Source of the DNA: Methylococcales bacterium
GTDB taxonomy: Bacteria; Pseudomonadota; Gammaproteobacteria; Methylococcales; Methylomonadaceae
Length of the DNA stretch: 64,000 nucleotides
Assembly: GCA_026399075.1 (NCBI GenBank)
Contig: JAPLRR010000089.1
Coordinates: 13,149 to 77,148, forward strand
Direction of reading: 5' to 3'
Of the stretch, positions 1 through 7,792 are shown one piece after another (position 1 is the first letter of the stretch; the number at the start of each line of letters is the position of its first letter). Under the pieces are notes generated by a model. That model was not told the DNA's origin, did not search any database, and saw only the letters and a program-made list of their open reading frames with translations. Both the position numbers and the translations under genes were made by a program.

Positions 1-442
1 GCAGCTATGGTTATCACTTTTTTTATGGATAATCGCGTTAAGTTTGTTATTCTTGGTTCAAGAAAATCAACTCCGTTGCCAGCTTGCGGATAAATAGAGT
101 GTTTATAGCAACATTATTTAATTCCTGATTGTTACGCATTAATAGGGCGAATGATGCTTGGGAGCCCTAATAAATGAAGAACCGCAGCGTAAAATATGGT
201 TATGCTATCTACAGCGTGTAGAACCGTAATGACAAGTCGTTTTTGAAAGCAACTTCGTGGTTGCTTATATTCTTTCAGCCTGTTTTTTAGCTTTTCTTAG
301 GTCGAATTCAGGTCATGCAAGATTAGGCGATATTCTTAGCTTGGCAGTAAGGCTGATGGGCTTTGAGAATCGATACAACACTGCCTAACCTTAGGTTAAT
401 GGCCGACAAACTTAACAATTTCAAGACACCAGAGGAATACTT

Positions 443-3400
443 ATGGCCGATATTATCGAACCTAACCACGCCCCAACAGGTAATGACAAAACCATCAGCC
501 TGTTTGCAGATACTTTTTATGCGTTTTCCGGCAGTGATTTTGGCTTTGCCGATATCGACAGCGGCGACCAATTGACGGCAGTGACCCTCAGCAGTTTGCC
601 CAGCGGCGGCAAATTGACTTTAAATGGCCTTGAGGTTACCGTTGGGCAATCGGTTAGTGTTGCAGACCTTAACGCCCATTTGTTGGTGTTCACCCCAAGC
701 GCCCATGCTGTCGGCAACCCTATCGCCGCATTCGACTTTAAAGTCACTGATCTGGGTTTGTTAAGCTCAGTAAATACTAACCAGATAACGCTTAATGCCA
801 TCCCGCTGGTTGAATCGCACGGCACTACAGGCAATTTCCCCCAATACAAATGGGCGCAATACCAAGGTAATGCCTCCCATACCGGCTATGCTGATGTTAT
901 TTTAAATGGCGATTTTTCTTTTGCCTGGTCCCAGTCCAGCATTCAAACCTACGGTTTTAATCCGGTTGCCGCCGCGTCGGGCTTGGTGTTTGCTAGCACC
1001 AGTAGCTATTTTAGCAATCAGAAGCTGTCAGTTTTTGATGCGGTAACAGGCACTGAAAAATGGAGCATAGATTTTGGCAGTATCAATTCTGTCAACCCGC
1101 CCAGCTATGATAATGGCATGGTGTATTTACAAACTGGCAACCATAGCTCGGATTCTTGGTTTCGGGGCTATGATGCCCAAACGGGCGAGTTAAAAATCCA
1201 ATCGCCGTTTAGTGCGCAGTGGGAGCGTTATCAAGCCCCGACGATTTTTAATGGCGATGCGTATATGAACGGCGGCTATTTTGGCGGGGCGTATTCATTT
1301 GACTTGGCCACCGGACAACAAAACTGGTTTGCGCCCTTGAGCCAATATGATGGCTGGACACCTGCTGTAAGCGATAAGTATGTGGTCACTTATACCGACT
1401 CGTTACGTGTTTTAGACCCGCTGACAGGAGCACTAAAAAATCAGATAACCGATCCCACTTATACCTGGACAGGTTATACAGGGGCAACCCCCACCCTATC
1501 TGGCGACCATGCTTATGTCGTCAACTCAGGGCACTTAACTAACTTTGACCTTATCGACAATGCTATCGATTGGCAACTGTCAGGCGTTTCTGGACAAATA
1601 GCAATTGACGGCAACGAGATATTTGCCATACGCAACGGCACCTTATCCTCAATTAACGCCCAAACTGGGGCGGTTAATTGGGTTTGGGTGAATGCTTCTG
1701 GTTCTGGACTCAGCGGGGAAGTCATCGCTACCCAAGATGCTGTTTTAGTGAGTAATAGTCAAAACACTTACGAAATCAACCGTGTTACCCATACACTAAG
1801 CCATGAATTAAATATGGGCGGGCACTTGGCATTGGGCAATGGACAGCTGTATGTCGCAGGCCAATCCACTTTAACGGCTTACAACATTAGTCCCAGTGGA
1901 ATTATCACGCTATCCGTTACGGGCATTGAAGATACCGCTTATATTTTTAAAGGCAGTGACTTTGGTTTGAATGCCCAAAACCAATTACAAATTGACAGCT
2001 TACCCTATTCAGGAAGCCTGGTTTTCAATGGCGCACTCGCCACCCTGAATCAAACACTTTCGTTGACAGAGCTTAATGCCGGCTTATTAAGTTTCATCCC
2101 TGCCGCCGATGCCAACGGCAATAACTATACCGCCTTTGACTTTAAAATTGTAGATGGCACGCTTAACCCAGCGCCAACTTATCGTCTTAATGTGAATATT
2201 ACCCCGGCCAATGATGCCCCAACAGTCGTCATTCCCATCCCCGACCAAAACGCCAAAGAAGCCCATCCGTTCAGCTATCAATTCTCGTCCACCGCTTTTA
2301 ATGATATTGATGCTGTTCTAGGGGACATGCTCAGTTATAGCGCAAGCTTAGCTGGAGGCTCGGCCCTGCCAGGCTGGCTTAGCTTTAACCCGCAAACCCG
2401 CAGCTTTACAGGCACGCCAGACCATGCCTCGATAGGCGCTGTTACTGTCAACGTAACCGCCACGGACAACAGCCAAGCATCGGTAACCGATAGTTTTCTC
2501 ATTAATATCGAGCCTGACCGCGCACCTACCAGTACCGACACATCGGTCACTATGGCTGAAGATGAAACTTATATATTTAGTAGCAACGACTTTAGTTTCA
2601 GTGATATTGACAATGGCGACCAACTGAAAGCTTTGCAAATTAACAGCTTACCCAACAGTGGGGAGTTGCTGTTTAATGGTAGTGCAATCTATGTTGGACA
2701 GATAATTACCAGCACCGACCTCAACGCAGGTCTTTTGACATTTGTCCCCGTCGCTAATGCCTATGGCGACAACTATGCGGGATTTGATTTTAAAGTCAGC
2801 GATGGCGTACTGTTTTCGGTTACAGCCAATCATCTTGCCGTTAATGTCACACCTGTGGCTGATGAGTTATTCGGCACAGGTTTTGCGGATACTTTAACCG
2901 CTAAAGATAACGGCGATTTTTTTATATACGGATATAGCGGCAATGACAAATTAACCGGACTGGGGGGGGATGATGCGCTCTATGGTGGTAAAGGCAATGA
3001 TATTTTGTACGGTGGTGTAGGCAATGATTTGCTAGATGGCGGGGAAGGCAAAGACAAACTGTTTGGCGGCGTAGGCAATGACGTTTATCTTGTTGATAAT
3101 GCAAAAGACGTGGCTACTGAATTGGCTAACGCAGGTGTAGATAAAATTCAAACATGGGTTAGCTTGGCAAGCTTGGCCTCAAATGTGGAAAACGTGGAGT
3201 TAGTGGCTGAAGGCCATGCGCTTAATGCCACGGCTAATAAGTTAGATAACATGATGACTGGCAACCAGTGGTCGAACAAGCTTAGTGGCGGCGCAGGCAA
3301 CGATATTATCTTTGGCGGCGATGGTAATGATACGATATTAGGCGGTGCTGGCAGCGATATCCTATATGGTCAAACAGGCAAGGACATTTTAGATGGTGGT

Positions 3401-3649
3401 GCAGGCAATGATATTTTTGTATTTACGTGGGCCGACGGGCAAGACACCATCAAAAATTTTGGCGACAAAACCGGTAACCAAGACATTATTGATTTATCTG
3501 ATTTTGCACTGTTGTCTAAAGACCTTTCGATTACAAGTAGTGGCAAAAATACCGTTATTAGCATTGAGGGCATGGACATCGCCGATTTTCAGCTCACATT
3601 GATTGGTGTTAAAGTGACCACGCTGGATGCGGGTGATTTTCTTTTTTAG
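443..3649 (+). CDS. Large RTX-type calcium-binding adhesin-like exoprotein (cadherin-like modules, PQQ/BamB-like beta-propeller, CADG domain, RTX repeats); probable type I secretion substrate
   Basis: 1068-aa ORF with a GAGGA Shine-Dalgarno upstream of the ATG and no N-terminal signal peptide. Three ~95-aa modules follow the pattern DFxFxDxDxGDQL..LPxxGxLxxNG..DLNAxLLxFxP..FDFKVxD. Residues ~130-480 look like a beta-propeller. A dystroglycan-type cadherin-like segment is present (PGWLSFNPQTRSFTGTP). Two RTX nonapeptide blocks occur (GGKGNDILYGGVGNDLLDGGEGKDKLFGGVGND and GGAGNDIIFGGDGNDTILGGAGSDILYG). Confidence 0.85.
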   Translation: MADIIEPNHAPTGNDKTISLFADTFYAFSGSDFGFADIDSGDQLTAVTLSSLPSGGKLTLNGLEVTVGQSVSVADLNAHLLVFTPSAHAVGNPIAAFDFKVTDLGLLSSVNTNQITLNAIPLVESHGTTGNFPQYKWAQYQGNASHTGYADVILNGDFSFAWSQSSIQTYGFNPVAAASGLVFASTSSYFSNQKLSVFDAVTGTEKWSIDFGSINSVNPPSYDNGMVYLQTGNHSSDSWFRGYDAQTGELKIQSPFSAQWERYQAPTIFNGDAYMNGGYFGGAYSFDLATGQQNWFAPLSQYDGWTPAVSDKYVVTYTDSLRVLDPLTGALKNQITDPTYTWTGYTGATPTLSGDHAYVVNSGHLTNFDLIDNAIDWQLSGVSGQIAIDGNEIFAIRNGTLSSINAQTGAVNWVWVNASGSGLSGEVIATQDAVLVSNSQNTYEINRVTHTLSHELNMGGHLALGNGQLYVAGQSTLTAYNISPSGIITLSVTGIEDTAYIFKGSDFGLNAQNQLQIDSLPYSGSLVFNGALATLNQTLSLTELNAGLLSFIPAADANGNNYTAFDFKIVDGTLNPAPTYRLNVNITPANDAPTVVIPIPDQNAKEAHPFSYQFSSTAFNDIDAVLGDMLSYSASLAGGSALPGWLSFNPQTRSFTGTPDHASIGAVTVNVTATDNSQASVTDSFLINIEPDRAPTSTDTSVTMAEDETYIFSSNDFSFSDIDNGDQLKALQINSLPNSGELLFNGSAIYVGQIITSTDLNAGLLTFVPVANAYGDNYAGFDFKVSDGVLFSVTANHLAVNVTPVADELFGTGFADTLTAKDNGDFFIYGYSGNDKLTGLGGDDALYGGKGNDILYGGVGNDLLDGGEGKDKLFGGVGNDVYLVDNAKDVATELANAGVDKIQTWVSLASLASNVENVELVAEGHALNATANKLDNMMTGNQWSNKLSGGAGNDIIFGGDGNDTILGGAGSDILYGQTGKDILDGGAGNDIFVFTWADGQDTIKNFGDKTGNQDIIDLSDFALLSKDLSITSSGKNTVISIEGMDIADFQLTLIGVKVTTLDAGDFLF

Positions 3650-3678
3650 GTAAATGTCTTGGGTATTCTAGGGTTGTT

Positions 3679-3945
3679 GGTTTTGTCGCAAATATTTCAT
3701 AGTCCACTATGCATTCATCGGCGGGTCAAGTTACCTTGTTTAAGCAATAAACGACTTGTAATCAGGAATATTTCTTAGGGAAACTGTCCCTTTCGAATCC
3801 GATGGGCCGTCTCAATTCCTGCGATAGTCACTTATGCGGAATGAAATGCCTAAAAGCGCATCATGGGCTTTGTGATTTTCTTGATCAAACGGTGATCCTG
3901 TTCAGCAAGATTATTCAGGTATTTGATCTGACGGATTTCAATAAA
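3679..3945 (-). mobile_element. IS6-family insertion sequence remnant: truncated, stop-interrupted 3' end of the transposase gene plus a terminal inverted repeat
   Basis: The minus-strand translation reads EIRQIKYLNNLAEQDHRLIKKITKPMMRF*AFHSA*VTIAGIETAHRIRKGQ. This matches the conserved IS6/IS26 transposase C-terminus (KYLNN..E.DH..IK....GFKS..A..TI.GIE....RKGQ) but carries two in-frame stops and has no N-terminal part. The sequence GGTTTTGTCGCAAATATTT at 3679-3697 resembles IS6 terminal repeats (GGTTCTGTTGCAAA). Confidence 0.75.
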
Positions 3946-3964
3946 ACTGATTATTACAGTCGGG

Positions 3965-3995
3965 TAGGGTGGGCAACGCTTTTCTGCCCACCCTA
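3965..3995. repeat. REP-like extragenic hairpin TAGGGTGGGCA-N9-TGCCCACCCTA
   Basis: Perfect 11-bp inverted repeat with a 9-nt loop in intergenic DNA. The same GGTGGGCA-N9-TGCCCACC core recurs at 36526-36556. Confidence 0.6.
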
Positions 3996-4085
3996 GACTC
4001 ACGTTCATGATAGGCAATGCAACGCCATCACGAGCTTTTGAATGTGGATTTGTAGCTGGCAGAACGCCTTATAAAGGCAATCCGC

Positions 4086-4110
4086 AGAGACGTTGCATTG
4101 CAACGTCTCT
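4086..4110. repeat. 25-nt perfect palindrome AGAGACGTTGCA-T-TGCAACGTCTCT (REP-like, possible terminator between convergent transcription units)
   Basis: 12-bp arms around one central nucleotide, 12 nt downstream of the stop of the minus-strand 1148-aa gene. On the plus strand it is followed by ATAGTTTT. Confidence 0.5.
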
Positions 4111-4121
4111 ATAGTTTTAAG

Positions 4122-7100
4122 TTAGCGATGCACCCAATCTGCACCCAAACTGCCTTGCAACAGTTCCAGATAGGACGGATGTGAAACCTCGGCCAACATC
4201 CGGTTGGCGGCGGCCAGTTTGGTCGTCAATAGCGGGTGTAAGGCGTCGGTGGGCTCAATTTCGGTAAGGCGTAGGCTGATATAATCATAGTGTTGTTGCC
4301 ACAACTTGCAATCCCGTTGTTGTTTGATGCCCAGCCGTTCTTGATACCAATCACTTTGCAGCAAATAATCACGGGTAAATAGGGCGCGGATGGCTGGGTC
4401 GGCCACGGTTTTCCCCTCAAAATGGCCGTGGGCCATGATATGGATCAGCGCTTGTAGCGGCGGGCAGGCATCGTTGATGGAGCCATCTTGAAAATACAGC
4501 TGTGCCACCCGTTGTTGGGCATCATAGACATTGTCCACACCTTCTACAAAGCTTGCCAAATCTTGGCTTTCAGGTTTTAACATGGCTTCATCAAACACCG
4601 CGGTCGGGTAATCGAACACCTTGCCAAAATTTGTGTGCACAAAGCGCTCGGTAATGCGGTAGCCTAAACGGCTGGCATAAACAGTACGGCCTTGGTATTC
4701 AAAATCTTCCATGCGTTCCAGTTGCTTATGTTCGATCAAATACTGCGGGTCACGTTGCTCTACCGGCAAGCGTGACCAGATTTCCGGGATTAGCAGGCTG
4801 ATGTCATGGTCGATGCGGCGTTCCGAGCCGATATAGCCCGCAGCAGTCGAGTAGCCTGCATAACCGCATAAAATAAACGAGACTAGCGCGGTGTTAAGGT
4901 CGGCGGTGGTGCACAGGGCGTTGAATGGCCCTTTGGTCAGCGCCCCTTCGGAACCCGCCCCGGTGGTTGACGGTGATTTTCCGGTCAGGCTGCAAATAAA
5001 ATCCATAAACAACTCAGGTAACTCCTGATAATGGATGGGGTTGTAAATTGCCAAGGGTTTGATGCCTGCGGCCTCATCGCGCGGATTGTTGCGGCGGCCA
5101 GGCAATACCGCATTTACCGGAAAATGTACCGCTTGTTCGGTATATAGGCCACGCGCCAAGCGGGTGGACAATCCGGCCAAATAACGCGGCACCGGGTTCA
5201 CCAAATCAGGCCGCAGTTGCAGATAGCGCACATTTTGGCTGGGCTTGCCATCGACCAGGCGGGGATGTGCGGACGACACAAAATACTCACCCTCTTGGCC
5301 TTGCGCGGCGTGCTTGATGACATCTTGCATGGGTTTGCTGAACTCGTCAAAGTGGATGACATCTTCCAGCAGTTCGCGGGCATCTTGCGGGGTGAGTGGT
5401 TGGAAATTGGAAATAAAATTGTCGGTGCCGGATAAATCCAATTCAGTTTGTAAATCCGTGCCCCTGTGGACGGCATCATCCGGGCGTTGGAAAAAACGGT
5501 GTTCGCAGTTTTCGACCAATTTGACGCTAGGGTTTTTATAATCAGGGTTGAGCCCGATAAGATGGTTGACAGGCACAACTGTGGAAGCGGTTATGTCATC
5601 TTCCAATTGGACTTTGGCAGCGGCGATAAAATCTTGCCGCAATTTAAACACCCGCCAAGCCCCTTTACTGTCAAAGCCTACCCGCAAATAACTGGCGAGC
5701 AGCTTGCGGCCATGATATTTCAACTCGTTGCCAGGGTAGCCGTTGACCAAATCGACAGAAAAATGCCCGCGCCAGCTAGCACCCCATTCGGCTTTGTAAA
5801 AGCGTTTGATCATTAGCACCAAAGCCCAGATATGCTGGGGGATTTGCCTTAGCCAATGGTTATAGTCCTTGTTGTACTCAGTATCCGAAGGGGTCAGCAA
5901 TTTGATGACTGAACCCAAGGAGCGTTGGTTGCTGAGCAAGGGGCGCAGGTCGCTGCCGTTGAGCGCAGGGTCAAGGAAACGGTTGGAATAGTCATAGTCA
6001 AAAATAGCCGCTACCCTGTCCATGTCTTTATCAAAATCATCGACAAATATGGCCCCGGAAATGATAGCCCCAGCGATGGATTTGGAGATTTCCGATTTGC
6101 CGCCACCTGAAACCGTGCTGGGCTTATGGCAAAAAGTGCCTTCGGTGTGGGTGCCAACCAGCCGCCAACTAGGGGCATTGGGATGGCGTTCCATGTGTAC
6201 CCGAAAGCCATTTGGGTAAATATAATAATGGTCAATCAATAACTTTAAGGTTTGGGTTTGGCCGTCACGTTGCCAACTGATTTGTTGTTGCTGGATATTG
6301 ATTTGGGCGGTGTCAGGGATAAAAATCAGGTTGGGGTGCTTGATGTCCACGGCATAGCCTTCCTCCTTAATATCGATACGCAGACCCAACAAGGTGCTGA
6401 GCCGTTCAAAGGGAAAGCGTTCGTGGATGTCGGCAACATTAGGCAAATAAACTTCCCCTAAAATGGCCCTGGGGAAAGCCAGCGCACCGCCCGCATGTTC
6501 TTCTTCGCAGCCACCGAACAGGTTGGCGGCATAGCTGATATGCGATTTAATCTCTTTTTTGCTGTAACCAAAATAATTGTCGGCAATCAGCGTGACAATC
6601 ACACCGTGCATAGCGCGGCAAACCAGCTTAAACGGTTTGCCGTCGTTGTAGAGTTCATCATCTTGTTGCCAACACATACCGTCCCGGCGTTCGCGTTCGG
6701 TGGCATCGTCATAGTGGGGCAGTCCTATGTCCTTTTTACGGCAAGCCACCAAATGCGGGGCCAAAATAATGCAGCCAGTGTGTCCAGTCCAATGTTCAAT
6801 GTCCAGCGCCGCATCGTTCTCAGGTAAAAACGGGTCGCCAGCATTGCCAAAAATAGACTCCACAAAATCCAAATTGGCGACCAAACCACCCGGGGCAAAA
6901 AACCGGGTTTCCATGGTTTTTTGTGGGCTGATGCCAGGCACTTCCGGCACCACGATAGGCCGTAACAATAAAGACAACCAGAGTTTTGCCGTGTGGGTTT
7001 GTTGGCTGGTAAACGGCAGGCATAACAGCTCATCAGGGGGTGACAAGGCCAATTGCAGCAGCTGGGCATAAGTGGCCACAGGCACTTCGTTTTTGTCCGC

Positions 7101-7568
7101 TGGCACGGGCAAGCCGCCAGCGGCAATGTGGAACACGCCTTTGGTGGTGCGCCGGTCATTTTGCGGGTTATGTAAAACCCCTTGGTGCATACGGTATGAA
7201 TCAATATAGCCAGAATGGAATTCATTATGCCCAAACGGCAAAGACAGCTCCCGTGCCAAACCTATCCTGTCCAGCACAAACGTTTCACCAGGCAGCACAA
7301 TGTCAGCATCCACGCCATTGTCCCGCAAATAAGCGTTAAGAAAATCCGAAATGCGCAAATCCGCAGGACAGCGGTACTTGGCGAGCAAACGGCGCTGCTG
7401 GGAATAGTTTTTTAACAAACTCCCGGCAATCTTAAGATAATGCTGCTCCCCTCCTGCTTCACAAGTAGGCAAGCCCAACGCAGCCAATTGCAAGTTGATA
7501 TGTTGCAGCTCTTCTTGCGGGCTTTGTTTAGCCACAGCAAGCCCTGTCGAAATGGTGGATAAATTCAT
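4122..7568 (-). CDS. Large (1148-aa) conserved cytoplasmic enzyme-like protein of uncertain function; tentatively a PPi-dependent phosphoenolpyruvate carboxykinase-family protein
   Basis: Uninterrupted ORF. I place the start at the ATG of MNLSTIST (7568), which has GGAG 7 nt upstream, rather than at the track start 7670. There are no TM segments or signal peptide. A P-loop-like segment KPSTVSGGGKSEISKS is reminiscent of the PEPCK kinase-1a motif. The size matches the ~1100-1150-aa PPi-PEPCK class. The product call is a hypothesis only. Confidence 0.5.
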   Translation of the reverse strand: MNLSTISTGLAVAKQSPQEELQHINLQLAALGLPTCEAGGEQHYLKIAGSLLKNYSQQRRLLAKYRCPADLRISDFLNAYLRDNGVDADIVLPGETFVLDRIGLARELSLPFGHNEFHSGYIDSYRMHQGVLHNPQNDRRTTKGVFHIAAGGLPVPADKNEVPVATYAQLLQLALSPPDELLCLPFTSQQTHTAKLWLSLLLRPIVVPEVPGISPQKTMETRFFAPGGLVANLDFVESIFGNAGDPFLPENDAALDIEHWTGHTGCIILAPHLVACRKKDIGLPHYDDATERERRDGMCWQQDDELYNDGKPFKLVCRAMHGVIVTLIADNYFGYSKKEIKSHISYAANLFGGCEEEHAGGALAFPRAILGEVYLPNVADIHERFPFERLSTLLGLRIDIKEEGYAVDIKHPNLIFIPDTAQINIQQQQISWQRDGQTQTLKLLIDHYYIYPNGFRVHMERHPNAPSWRLVGTHTEGTFCHKPSTVSGGGKSEISKSIAGAIISGAIFVDDFDKDMDRVAAIFDYDYSNRFLDPALNGSDLRPLLSNQRSLGSVIKLLTPSDTEYNKDYNHWLRQIPQHIWALVLMIKRFYKAEWGASWRGHFSVDLVNGYPGNELKYHGRKLLASYLRVGFDSKGAWRVFKLRQDFIAAAKVQLEDDITASTVVPVNHLIGLNPDYKNPSVKLVENCEHRFFQRPDDAVHRGTDLQTELDLSGTDNFISNFQPLTPQDARELLEDVIHFDEFSKPMQDVIKHAAQGQEGEYFVSSAHPRLVDGKPSQNVRYLQLRPDLVNPVPRYLAGLSTRLARGLYTEQAVHFPVNAVLPGRRNNPRDEAAGIKPLAIYNPIHYQELPELFMDFICSLTGKSPSTTGAGSEGALTKGPFNALCTTADLNTALVSFILCGYAGYSTAAGYIGSERRIDHDISLLIPEIWSRLPVEQRDPQYLIEHKQLERMEDFEYQGRTVYASRLGYRITERFVHTNFGKVFDYPTAVFDEAMLKPESQDLASFVEGVDNVYDAQQRVAQLYFQDGSINDACPPLQALIHIMAHGHFEGKTVADPAIRALFTRDYLLQSDWYQERLGIKQQRDCKLWQQHYDYISLRLTEIEPTDALHPLLTTKLAAANRMLAEVSHPSYLELLQGSLGADWVHR

Positions 7569-7792
7569 AGATGGCTCCAGCGGGCAATAGGAAAAGTGGT
7601 AAGCGGGTATTCTAACTTTTTTTGGGGGGGCAGGGGCTAAAAATACCGACGGGGGATTATAGTTGCGCAAGGAGCGATTGACACCATCGCTTTAGATTAG
7701 CTTTGTAGGCGACAGCATGGCCCTAAGTTCTTACCTTGTGATGACTATAATTTTTCAGTTAAACTTCACTTCCTCCTTACCCTAAGTGAGCG

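Noticed and set aside
443-3649. Reading the RTX protein as a pore-forming haemolysin or leukotoxin
   Set aside because: It has no N-terminal hydrophobic pore-forming region, no acylation-site context and no rtxC-like acyltransferase nearby. The domain content is adhesin-like.
3802-3996. 64-aa plus-strand ORF in the RTX-downstream intergenic region
   Set aside because: It is the antisense reading of the IS6 transposase remnant and runs into the REP hairpin. It has no SD and no recognisable protein features.
7617-7630. Identical T7G7 tracts at 7617-7630 and 50985-50998 as a possible repeat element
   Set aside because: Flanking sequences share no similarity. The tracts are short, low-complexity and intergenic or leader-located, so this is most likely coincidence. 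They remain potential slippage sites, but I have no evidence of function.
7569-7670. N-terminal 34-codon extension of the 1182-aa track ORF
   Set aside because: The internal ATG at 7568 has a GGAG SD at proper spacing. The extension includes a T7G7 low-complexity tract and a P-rich sequence unlikely to be coding.
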